Assembly: GCA_002269645.1 (NCBI GenBank)
Contig: NIVC01000382.1
Coordinates: 248,001 to 312,000 of the forward strand
Direction: 5' to 3'
Length of the DNA: 64,000 bases
Source of the DNA: Macrostomum lignano
Taxonomy: Eukaryota
Positions 23,701-32,839 of this stretch are shown here, piece after piece. The position numbers and the translations under genes are program-made. Positions within the stretch are counted from its first letter, which is position 1. The number at the start of each line of letters is the position of its first letter. The notes under the pieces were generated by a model. That model saw only the letters and a program-made list of their open reading frames with translations, ran no database searches and was not told the origin of the DNA.

Positions 23701-24840
23701 TTATAGCTTCTTTTCGCGGATGTTAACGCTCAAGACGGTCTTGCCCCTCATTACTTTTGTCATATCCCTGCCCATATCATCGTTAATTTGTACTTCAATA
23801 GTTTTGAATGGGTGCTTAACCAACGGTAGATATGCTGGATTGACAAACTCGTAGTACTCGCGACCGCCCTGAACTTTGGGATCCATCGGTATAGCACCCA
23901 ACAGAGGAACTTTAACGTCTCCTACAATAACAGAATCGACTATGCTCGAATAGATGTACATTGTTTGTATTCCACCGGTTAATTCCATTGATGCGTTTGC
24001 GTAGAAATCCGATATACCGAAAAATGGGGTTGTATAATCATGCTCTGGGAAACCAAGCACGCTGGTCAAGCGCCCCAGCCCAAACATGTAATCCGTCGAG
24101 CCAATGTAATAACACCTATTCGTAACTTCGCTGTATCTGAAAAAGTCCGTTCTAGGTGCTGGAGCCGCTATGAGATCTTTGATATGTCTCCAAATTATAT
24201 CGTTGAGTTCCTCCACCAATCTTTTAGGTGTACTATAGTATCCTCCCTGCATAAAATAGATTTGATCAGACGCTGCACTAGTAACTTGTCTTATTATTGG
24301 AGCGTGGTCCATTGACTGTACAGTCGGTTCCTCAACAACTGCGGTGATGGAGGCTGCACACCCCGCGTGTAATACGAGTTCAGTAGGTAGATCCTCATTA
24401 GACTCGAAGCCGGCGACTAGTTTAAACACCTTGGGTAGGGCATCCGGGAATTTGATGCCGACGGTGGATTTTGAAGTATTCACAATCATAAAGGCGGTTG
24501 GGGATGTTCTTAAAAAGACAATTTTCTTATTATCCCCTTCAACGTATCGGATACCGTTTAGAAAGCCGGAAATACATTCTTCAGGGGTTTTCAGACCCGC
24601 TGCGAGACAAAGGCTTGCAAACGACGAAGCCGTCAAGAGGCCCTCCTGTTCGCGAATGGTGATCGGTATAGATTTTTTGAAAGATTCAAATTCTTTGGTA
24701 AAGTAGATCCGTTCGAGGCAAACCTCATGATTCGGAAAGTGGAGAGTGTCCGGTAAATTAATAAAATAATGAGCCGGATTATTTTCGGGATAGTGCTCGG
24801 GGCACGCATTGCTAGGCAGAAAGAGATGCATGGTAGCCAT
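23701..24840 (-). CDS. Minor capsid (penton, Maverick PX type) protein
   Basis: LFLPSN..YPENN..Y.INLP.TL..HEVCL.RI at the N-terminus. MYIYSSIV..VIVGD.KVPLL..F..P.Y.P..F.TIEVQI.DD.G..G.TV..V..R at the C-terminus. Confidence 0.88.
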   Translation of the reverse strand: MATMHLFLPSNACPEHYPENNPAHYFINLPDTLHFPNHEVCLERIYFTKEFESFKKSIPITIREQEGLLTASSFASLCLAAGLKTPEECISGFLNGIRYVEGDNKKIVFLRTSPTAFMIVNTSKSTVGIKFPDALPKVFKLVAGFESNEDLPTELVLHAGCAASITAVVEEPTVQSMDHAPIIRQVTSAASDQIYFMQGGYYSTPKRLVEELNDIIWRHIKDLIAAPAPRTDFFRYSEVTNRCYYIGSTDYMFGLGRLTSVLGFPEHDYTTPFFGISDFYANASMELTGGIQTMYIYSSIVDSVIVGDVKVPLLGAIPMDPKVQGGREYYEFVNPAYLPLVKHPFKTIEVQINDDMGRDMTKVMRGKTVLSVNIREKKL

Positions 24841-24843
24841 GCA

Positions 24844-25943
24844 TTAGTTATTATTACGTTGACGTATATTTATAACTTCATTTACAGGTACAAATGAATT
24901 AAAAGTGTCGGGATAACCGCGCCAGCTAACGTAATGGTGCGCAACACCATTTATTAACACGTTTCTACGCAAAACTTTATTGATTACAAAACGCTCGGGT
25001 CGGGTAGATTTGGACAGTTCATTGTAGTAAAACCGTCCCTCAATCACTTCACCAGACAAATCAGAAATACGATAAAAATGTGGGGGTCCAGGACAAACTT
25101 TGGATATAATGTACACCTCCTCACTATACATGTCGTACGCCTCCTTGTCGAATGCCCTGCGAGATTTCGAAATTCTCACAAAATCCCCCTTTTTATATAC
25201 GGGGTCGTCTTTTTGCTGATCCGGGTAGAGCTTTTCCCACACACGCTTCTGATTGTGGAACCCTACACTTGACGGTTTCATCTCAATAGTAGAATGCGTC
25301 GTGTTGTTGTAATTGCCTACCAAATTAGGTAAGTAGTCAACCCAACGCCACGTGTTGTTGTGCTCAAAGTAGCGAGCCAGACGCTTTCGAAGAGTTCTAA
25401 TCAGCCTCTCGGCCATGTTTGCCTTGTACACAGAGTTGGTGCTGTACATTTTAACATTATTGTCTTTTAGTATGCGGCGCATTCGCTGATTATAAAACTC
25501 GGTACCCCGATCCACGTGAAGGTAAAGGGGGGGGCAGGGAAATCATTCGCCAACATTGACTCAAACGCTGCGGGGGTATCACTCTTTAGTTTAATTGCCC
25601 TACAAAAAGCCTGCTTACTAAGCACATCAATAATAACTAGTATATATTTATGTCCGTCATTCCAACGTTTGTATCGCGACATGTCCATCAAATCGGCTTG
25701 TAGAGTTTCCATGAATCCTCCCGACATTACTTTTCCCGTTTTAAATGTCCTGTTGACTCTCCGGTGACGGGTGTAACTCGGTTGGGTTTCTAGCCATTCC
25801 CTGGTTTGGCGTCTTGTCAGGTTTGGCGCCAGACGTTTGGCCTCCTGATAGACACGGGCAGCATTTGAAAAAGCGGCGGCTCCTTGTTCGTAAACTCGAC
25901 GAAGAGCGGTTAGAGCCCTCATTGACAACAAGTGTGGATGCAC
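24844..25943 (-). CDS. Maverick retroviral-like DDE integrase with C-terminal chromodomain, one frameshift in a G8 run (25527-25534)
   Basis: WLETQPSYT.H, QADLMD, IIDVLSK, (YLHV)DRGTEF, AERLIRT, YN.T.HSTI.MKP, GDFVRIS, YSEEVY; chromo-like VSWRGYPDTFNSFVP. Confidence 0.93.
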
Positions 25944-26053
25944 AGCATGAATAGTTGCACGTAATGTCGGCTGGGGAGTTGTCTACACAAAGCTTTGACG
26001 CGGCGGCTGCTGCGCCCATGACCGCCGGGCGCGGTTATGTATGGATTAGGGTT

Positions 26054-26683
26054 CTATTTATAAAGAGTATCGTATTTTCGGTTCCGGGGTGGTCTTAGTT
26101 GGTAATCGTGATATTTACCCACCCCGGTACCTTGATCCACAAGTTTGGGCATAGCATTTACACCTTTGTTGCGCGTGGTCGTTAAATCGCGGGTGTCTGT
26201 CGCAATTGTGTGCTCATATTCATCGCGGTAATCGTCGGTACCAACCAAATGGTCAACCTTCTTTTCCTCCACAGGGAGCTGTTTCCGACCGAGCATAGAC
26301 ATTGGTATACGGGCCTTGTCTAGTAGAGCCCAGAAAGCGGTCGAATATTTCGGGTGATTATTAGTGTTGGTGGTGACGGCTTGTAGAAGATCAAAAACGT
26401 TGCTACCACCCCAAGTTTCACCATCAAAAACGACTTCCCACGATTGGTTGTAATTTAGGCTGGGGTGCTTTTCTGTTAGTATATTCCATATACGTTGTTG
26501 CCTATCAGAAAATAGCTGCTTTGTCGTCTTTTGGGGTTTTACTTTAGCCAATTGGGTCTGTAGCTTTGCATTGTACTCTACAAGTTTTTCGTACTCCGAT
26601 TTTGGGGCAATTTCTCGCGGAGTACCCTGTCTAAGCTGATTGAATTCCTCCTCGGGGACCACAACGTACTTGTCCATTTTCAA
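26054..26683 (-). CDS. Conserved Maverick structural-cluster protein (possibly PZ-like)
   Basis: KYVVVP..WEVVFDG..GSNVFDLL..F..L...IP pattern recalled from Maverick ORFs; located between integrase and the small GGFL protein. Confidence 0.6.
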   Translation of the reverse strand: MKMDKYVVVPEEEFNQLRQGTPREIAPKSEYEKLVEYNAKLQTQLAKVKPQKTTKQLFSDRQQRIWNILTEKHPSLNYNQSWEVVFDGETWGGSNVFDLLQAVTTNTNNHPKYSTAFWALLDKARIPMSMLGRKQLPVEEKKVDHLVGTDDYRDEYEHTIATDTRDLTTTRNKGVNAMPKLVDQGTGVGKYHDYQLRPPRNRKYDTLYK

Positions 26684-27069
26684 CGTCGTTGTCCTAGCAG
26701 ACCGCCAAACAGTCCAGTGATTAACGGAGCAGCAATCTTGGCGAGAATTGGTAGGAATCCTCCAACTTGAGGGTCCGATAGTATCATATTCTTCTTCCTA
26801 TTTATAGACAGTTTTTTGTCGGCCATGTCATGCAGGGCTTCTCTATAACGTTTCAACCTTGCAAACTGTCTAGGGGATAGATCGATATTGCCCTTGAGTA
26901 CATTGTGGCTTAACTCGCACAGACACTGCATCAACTCATTATCGGCTCCCCTAATAATGGCCCTCCTTCGATGTGGTCGCGCGTCACCGAGCTCCTCTAG
27001 CTCGCGACGGCAAGAACAAAGACGAGAAATTCCGTTTGTCATTATTAAGGTGGTAAGCATTGCGTGCAT
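26680..27069 (-). CDS. Small Maverick protein ending in QxGGFLP (reminiscent of adenovirus pX)
   Basis: R.AII..A..ELMQCLCE...NVLKGNI.L...L..YR..L..A.KK.S..RKK..I....QVGGFLPIL followed by an amphipathic tail. Confidence 0.75.
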   Translation of the reverse strand: MHAMLTTLIMTNGISRLCSCRRELEELGDARPHRRRAIIRGADNELMQCLCELSHNVLKGNIDLSPRQFARLKRYREALHDMADKKLSINRKKNMILSDPQVGGFLPILAKIAAPLITGLFGGLLGQRR

Positions 27070-27107
27070 ACATGTGCATATTTTGTTTATTTATAAGCAA
27101 AGCATAA

Positions 27108-27587
27108 TTAGAGTTGCAGAATAGCAGTCACGTGGTCGTACATTTTACACAGTTCGTCATAGTTTCGTATTCCTAGGAACACTAACCGACCATTCTTTCC
27201 GCACAGCAGGCACTTGGCCTTGCGGAATGGGGACTTTATTACAAGCCCATTGAATACCTCACTCTCCCACTCAACCCAGCGCGAGCTCGAGTTGGCAAGG
27301 CGGAAAAAGTTTGGCTTAACATTAACTTCTGCACGATAAGTACCGGTAGTGATAACAACAGAGTTTGGTTTACATTGAGCAAAAAGACGCAGCACATCGT
27401 TGGTTGATTGGCAACCAAAAACAATGGCAGATAATGAACGTTTGAAAAAGTTTATTGTACACTTTCCGATCCTCAGGTTGTACAATGCCCGGGGTCTATG
27501 AAACGTTCTAGCGCAAAACACCCTGTTTACGCACACGACGTTCTGCAAGCGGTTTTTTCGGTTGCTTTTGTTTCCGCTCAGCTCCAC
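27108..27587 (-). CDS. Highly divergent TBP-like protein inside element B
   Basis: RLQNVVC resembles TBP QLQNIVS. WESEVFNGLVIKSPFRKAKCLLCGKNGRLVFLGIRNYDEL resembles [31 protein letters not shown]..EEI. No ATG before the domain; overlaps the upstream ORF by 80 bp. Confidence 0.7.
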   Translation of the reverse strand: MELSGNKSNRKNRLQNVVCVNRVFCARTFHRPRALYNLRIGKCTINFFKRSLSAIVFGCQSTNDVLRLFAQCKPNSVVITTGTYRAEVNVKPNFFRLANSSSRWVEWESEVFNGLVIKSPFRKAKCLLCGKNGRLVFLGIRNYDELCKMYDHVTAILQL

Positions 27588-28149
27588 CAGCTCCGCGCTT
27601 GCGTCCTACCTTGATTTTTAACGGTGGAATCCAGTAGCAGCGGTCAAACGCCTGCTTGGGAGCTTCTATGAATTGCAGTTGTTGAATTTTTGGTACCGCG
27701 GTTAGAACCGAGTCGTGAATCACCGCCGTGTCTAGGGCGAACAGTACTCTATAGTAGCCCGTCTTGTTCTTGTAGTCGGTGCACAACTTGCCGCTCTTGT
27801 CGTACATTTTAAAGTCGTGAGCCAATCCGAATGCAGCGCTGTCGCAGCCAAAAGTGGGGTTGTACCCCAATAGCGCCATTCCTTGGATAGAGAGCTGGTG
27901 ACACACGGAATTAAACGCTTCTGGTATGCAGCTCTCCAAGTGCTTTTGGGAAAGAATGATGAATTCGCGGCCTTCATTGTCGGTTCTCACACCCTTGACA
28001 ATCAGTACGGGCGTCGCATTGGCAAGATAGAGAGGGCCCTGTTCGTCGTACTCAATGTCGTACGTCTCGGTTCCGTTGTAGCTTGGACCTCTCGACTTGA
28101 GAGAGAATAGGTCGATCCTAACACTATTGTAGTCTTGAACGGTATCCAT
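27508..28149 (-). CDS. Hypothetical protein (beta-rich, basic NLS-like tail; possibly OB-fold SSB)
   Basis: Intact ORF from ATG 28149, about 50 nt downstream of TATATAA (28198-28204). The fold is a guess only. Confidence 0.65.
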   Translation of the reverse strand: MDTVQDYNSVRIDLFSLKSRGPSYNGTETYDIEYDEQGPLYLANATPVLIVKGVRTDNEGREFIILSQKHLESCIPEAFNSVCHQLSIQGMALLGYNPTFGCDSAAFGLAHDFKMYDKSGKLCTDYKNKTGYYRVLFALDTAVIHDSVLTAVPKIQQLQFIEAPKQAFDRCYWIPPLKIKVGRKRGAGGAERKQKQPKKPLAERRVRKQGVLR

Positions 28150-28241
28150 GTTGCTGCTGCTGTTGCTGAGAGTGGGTCTCACACCCTGAGCGCCTCCTTA
28201 TATACCCTTGGGGCGGAGGGTGGGGTGGCTGGGCGTTTTTG

Positions 28242-28757
28242 TTATAGTGCTTCTTTAACGACACTTTCCGGTGTTGGAAATCCGGAAAAAATAAACCTTT
28301 TGTTTCGATCTTCTGGTCGAGTGGTTTGAGGCGTGTCGTTAATGCAGCTGCAGTGAGGGTTGATAGTCAACTTCGCTAGCACTGGTCTACTGTGTTTAGG
28401 TCGCCAAATCCTTTGGTGTTCCGTCCACGAGGGAGCAATCGGCTGGTGATTCCGGTACCGTATTTTCTCACGATGATCCTCTTGTAATATTGGGGCAATT
28501 ATCTGCTCCATTCTTTGAAGATTGGCTTTTAAATGCATCTTGTCTCTAAAGTAGTAGTCAATTCGGGCATCTGTATATTCTTGGGTGCTGTAAGGTCCTT
28601 GCCCAATTTCGTCTACCTCGACATTAAAGGTGACTAATCGTTCGGGAATTGGTTTGCCGTGACAAATGCATAACCAGTCTGTGGACTTTTTCAGGGTCTC
28701 GTACTCTGCCCTTTCTTTGCTCGATAAAAGCGGGTAGTCTCGAGAAATCCAGCTCAT
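28242..28757 (-). CDS. Hypothetical protein, 171 aa
   Basis: Intact ORF, ATGA overlap with the upstream ORF, co-oriented in the element B cluster. Confidence 0.65.
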   Translation of the reverse strand: MSWISRDYPLLSSKERAEYETLKKSTDWLCICHGKPIPERLVTFNVEVDEIGQGPYSTQEYTDARIDYYFRDKMHLKANLQRMEQIIAPILQEDHREKIRYRNHQPIAPSWTEHQRIWRPKHSRPVLAKLTINPHCSCINDTPQTTRPEDRNKRFIFSGFPTPESVVKEAL

Positions 28758-29131
28758 TCCTCTGACTCGTCAGATTCGTCGAGAAAGAAATAGTGGAAGA
28801 AATTGTCGACTCTATTCTTTTCAACTGCACAAAGTATTTTGTCTGACAGGTGAAATTCGCAGTCTCCTTTTACGTACAGGCGCTTCCCGTCGATAACTTT
28901 GATAGATGCGCCGCCTCCGAGATCGTAATCTGTGCAGCTAGTGCCCAGAAACTTCATTCGATGCCATTGTGCTCGACTAAACACGGCTCCTGGACAGCTA
29001 CAGTTTTGACAGTGGATGCGGAAACGCGGCTTGTTTGGGTCCCAATATCCCACTTCCAGCACTGCGTTGTCAACGTGGGTGTACACTATTTCCGATTGCC
29101 AGTACATTTCGATATTGTTGAGAAATACCAA
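28754..29131 (-). CDS. Probable PC4/Sub1-like ssDNA-binding protein
   Basis: PGAVFSRAQWHRMK..YDLGGGASIKV resembles PC4 PGxKGISLxxEQW and the relic at 41982-42521 (PGLTGMELTIYQF..LLGGNRQVVV). First ATG at 29107. Confidence 0.5.
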   Translation of the reverse strand: MVFLNNIEMYWQSEIVYTHVDNAVLEVGYWDPNKPRFRIHCQNCSCPGAVFSRAQWHRMKFLGTSCTDYDLGGGASIKVIDGKRLYVKGDCEFHLSDKILCAVEKNRVDNFFHYFFLDESDESEE

Positions 29132-29141
29132 TTTTATTTAT

Positions 29142-29939
29142 TTATAGGCTGCCGTCTGAACAGATTTCCAACCATTCCCTCCACTGTAGAACGGTTCTCT
29201 CAATTGATAAAAGTAAATACGCCGCTAGGAGCCCCCGGTTGCTGCTGCGCGCTTCGTAAAGACAGTTGAGATATGTGTCTCTATTTGCATACGCAAATGA
29301 TACGGGTTCTGGCAGAATCCGGTTGAGCAACTTTGATAATAACAACCTAGCAGTTCTACCATTGCCGTCGCTAAAGGGGTGTATGGTGAGAAACTTTTCT
29401 AGGAAATATGCTCCTGTCACTACTGCATTACGCAAGATTTGTGGCTCTTTTATGTCTCTAGTTAATTTTACCAGCTGCCGTTCGATATTTTCTGGGGCAC
29501 TGTAATACATACTCGCGCCTGCTGGCTTAGCGTGCTTAATTCTATACGATCCCGCATTCGGGAGCAGTCCTCTGCACACGCGTGTGTGAACTTGTCTAAC
29601 AAACTCTGTGTCAATTAACCCCCTCGTGTCATTGAGGTGTATTGCCGCACTCCATAGATTGGCTGTGACCATACAGGACCGGGTTTTTATCGCTTCTTCT
29701 GCTTCCTCCCAAGTCAACGCCACCTCTCTCTCCTCAATGTTTACTTCTGTTACGAATGCCAGCCGTGCTAGATGTGTGAATTCTAAGCGCTCCTTTGCGG
29801 TCAATCCCGCGATTCTTTTCCTAGTGTCTGATAACAATCTTTCAATGAGGGGTAATCTGGCGCGCACGCTCTCGTTGCTGAAATAGGGGTTATCAGTTAT
29901 ACCCTCTTCCATGTTCTCCATACAGAGGGTTTTGTACAC
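29142..29939 (-). CDS. Fic (Fido) domain protein
   Basis: Full motif HPFSDGNGRTAR (~29347-29382), plus VH..V..GL..AG.YR and N-terminal YKTLCMEN. First ATG at 29921. Confidence 0.92.
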   Translation of the reverse strand: MYKTLCMENMEEGITDNPYFSNESVRARLPLIERLLSDTRKRIAGLTAKERLEFTHLARLAFVTEVNIEEREVALTWEEAEEAIKTRSCMVTANLWSAAIHLNDTRGLIDTEFVRQVHTRVCRGLLPNAGSYRIKHAKPAGASMYYSAPENIERQLVKLTRDIKEPQILRNAVVTGAYFLEKFLTIHPFSDGNGRTARLLLSKLLNRILPEPVSFAYANRDTYLNCLYEARSSNRGLLAAYLLLSIERTVLQWREWLEICSDGSL

Positions 29940-29987
29940 TGCTTCTATTTATGGTTGAATTAACACGTTGCTCGCGGCCTGTCTGTC

Positions 29988-30560
29988 CCTCTGCAGCCTG
30001 GGGGACTCTCTATCACTCACCGCCGGTCTGTCCCTCTACCACCCCGGCCTGGGGAAGCTCTCTGTCCCTCCGTGTGACTCACACTCCCTCTCTGTCCACG
30101 CCGCGTGCTGCGACATGCCGGGGCGGCGCAGGGTGCCTCCACGCACTCTCTGTCCCAGCACCCCGTGTCTCTCTGTACCCCGCCTCATACTGCTACAGGG
30201 GGCCGCCTGTTATCTGTCCCCTGCTACAGGGGGATGGCGGCTCTCCACGCACTACCCCTCCTGCTACAGGGGCTGCTCTCTGTCCCCAGCTACAGGGCTG
30301 CATGCTCACTGTACAGGGCTGCGTCAGCATCGGGGTTCCCCCAACACTAACCGCGTGCACACGAGTGGGAATCCCCCCCCCCGCCGGATGTACACCCCGA
30401 GGGAGGCCCACCCCGCTGGAGGTACACTCGCTGGACGCCCACCCCGCTGGAGGTACACCCCGGGTGTACACCCCGAGGGAGCACCTTGCCGCGGTGCTAG
30501 AGGCCGACATCAGCCCGACGGACCTTCGCAAAATCAACGGATCTACCGTTGCTTAGTAGT
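29988..30560 (-). repeat. Right TIR of element B (573 bp)
   Basis: Inverted copy of 20191-20823. Confidence 0.95.
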
Positions 30561-30566
30561 TCTGTA

Positions 30567-32295
30567 ACGCTCCATCAACCTTTCAGCGGCTGATGGATCT
30601 AACAATGGCTGGTCTGAACTGGACCGAAGTTCTCACGTACATAGACGATCTGATTTTGTTCAGTCCGACGTTTGAAAAACACACCCAAACCTTGGAGCAG
30701 GTCCTCGAAAGACTGCAGTCAGCGGGCCTTAAGCTTAACAAGCGCAAGAGCTGCTTCTGCTTCCAAGAAGTAGAGTACCTGAGCCAAAAATCTCTGCCGA
30801 GGGTATTCAGCCAACTCAGGAGAAGATCAGCGCCATCCAATCCATCCCAACGCCTGATTGTGCCGAAGACGTTCGCCGGCTCGTCGTTATGCTGGGCTTC
30901 TATCGGCGATTCGTCCCTGATATGACGTGACTATAATATTGATATTATTTTAATTGCATATGCAGTTTGACGCGTTTTGTTTTACCTATGGACTAAATGA
31001 AGCTGCAAAACAGGCTTGGGTGAAAAGCCCGCTGTGAGAATGTGAAATAAAGAGAAATAAGAGCAAGACTAAGAACCTTGGAGCCGCGGAAACGTCTGCT
31101 AGGATATCAGCACTAATAATTAATGCCTTAAGTATATTGAAGACTTTAAGTAACCTGAAAACATAACAGTCCCAAACTTTGCCAGCATCGCTAATCCGCT
31201 TCATCAGGTGACTCAGAAGGGACGGCAGTTTCGGTGGACATCAGAGTGCGAAGTGGCGCTACAGAAGCTGAAGTCAGCGCTCTCGGCGCCTCCACTGCTG
31301 AAGCTGCCGGACTTCTCCAAAGAATTCCGTCTGTGCTGTGACAGTAGCGGCGTGGCCATCGCGGGTGTCCTCAGCCAGCTGCACGAAGGCGTTGAATGTC
31401 CCGTAGCATACGCGTCGCGAGTCCTGAACAAGTCAGAGCGGAATTACTCGACAACGCACCGAGAGCTTCTGGCAATGGTGTGGGCAATGAAGCACTTCCG
31501 AAACTACTTGGCGTCAGCTGGTGAAATTCTGGTCTTCAGCGACCACAAGCCGTTGCTAGGGGTTACTGATCACCTACCTGCAAGAGATCAACTTCACGCT
31601 GCCCTTCAGACCCGGTCACGAGAAGGTGGTGGCAGATGCACTAAGCCGAGCGGCGGCGACTCGGCTGCCACCTGTCTGGTCGGACGACGCTATCAGTGCA
31701 GCGCAGACTGACGACCCGGTGCTGGCGGCGGCACAACGGCTGCTCATCGGACAGCAGCCCCACCGAGGCAAGGCTGCAGAGGATGCAGAGAACCTGCTGA
31801 GGACAGAGAAGCTGGACCTAGGTGAGGATGGCGTCATCAGAAGAAGCGGCAAGCCTGTCATTCCGCTTCAACTCCGCCAGGAGCTTCTGAGGTTTCTGCA
31901 CGATGATCCGGCGAGTGGACACCTCGGACCCGACAGGACACTGGCCAGAGTCGTCAACAGAGCCTGGTGGCCCGGCCTCAAGGATGACGTTCAGCACTGG
32001 GTAAACAGCTGCGAAGTTTTTCATCGTCGTAAGGTGCCACATCAGCACCAGAGGGCACCACTGCAGGACAACGCCGTGCCATCGGCCCCGTGGGAGATTG
32101 TGCAGGTGGACATTAAGGGACCCCTGCCTACGACCGAGGCTGGCCTCAAGCACATCATCTGCTTCACGGATGTGTTTTCAAAGTGGTTCGAGGCGACGGC
32201 AGTGACAAACATCGAAGCCCGCACGGTGGCTGAGGCAATGCTGCGCAGTGTGGTTCTTCGCCTGGAATCATCCATTCCGATCAAGGTCCGATCAA
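30567..32295 (+). pseudogene. pol: Gypsy element 1 pol, 3' part (RT C-half, RNase H, truncated integrase)
   Basis: TYIDD; GFYRRFVP/NFASIA.PL; CDSS..AGVLSQ..VAYASR.L..SERNY..RELLA..DHKPL; HD..SGHLG..WWP..C; VDIKGPLP; DVFSKW; truncated just after IHSDQG. Confidence 0.9.
30918..31168. mobile_element. Solo LTR (251 bp) inserted in Gypsy 1 pol
   Basis: TGATATG...CATAACA ends with 5-bp TSD GTCCC (30913-30917, 31169-31173). Removal restores RRFVPNFASIA. Confidence 0.85.
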
Positions 32296-32839
32296 TTTTT
32301 ATGTTTTTATCGAATATTCACGCATGTCAGTTCTACTGCAAGACTGTTTTTCTTATAATTTTTTTAATAATATTTATTCCTTAATAATTTTCTGATAATA
32401 ATAATTCCGAATATACCGGCCGACGGAACCGCAGACGACTTCAATCTGGGCCCCCTTTCGATTTCAATTTCTACTAGCAACTTCAATTGTTTATATCTTC
32501 TATGGTCGTCTATGGTATTTCTCTTTCATTAGCGTCCTGGAATCTACCAGGTGTGGCAGCTCGAGCAGTTCGTCTTTAACTCCTGCAACTGCAGTGTCAA
32601 CATCAGCACTTCCAAGTCTCTTTGTACTTCCTAGTTTAATTTCTATTGTCAATTTTTTTGGTTCCATTTTCGTTCAACAAGTTTCTCGCGTATGTCTCGA
32701 CAAGTTACTATTAGTAATACAATTGAATTTTTTCGTCTCGACAGTACTTTTCGTTTCTATAGACTCCATTCAATGATAACCATACCGCTCCGGGGGTCTA
32801 ATCGCCGCGCGGTTCCGCAGCCGCGGTATCCAGCTAACG

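Larger units (their letters stand above)
20191..30560 (-). mobile_element. Complete polymerase-less Maverick/Polinton-like virus (element B, 10,370 bp)
   Basis: TIRs at 20191-20823 and 29988-30560; termini 5'-ACTACTAAGC...GCTTAGTAGT-3'. TSD TCTGTA at 20185-20190 and 30561-30566; removing the element restores Gypsy RT FGLCNAPSTFQRLMD. 13 minus-strand ORFs, with no pPolB or helicase. Confidence 0.95.

Noticed and set aside
27550-27560. Programmed -1 frameshift linking the upstream ORF to the TBP-like ORF
   Set aside because: The TBP-like frame is +1 relative to the upstream ORF, and the heptamer is not in canonical phase.
29142-29939. Bacterial contamination as the source of the Fic gene
   Set aside because: It lies inside TIRs of an element inserted in a eukaryotic retrotransposon and shares the element's upstream motif.
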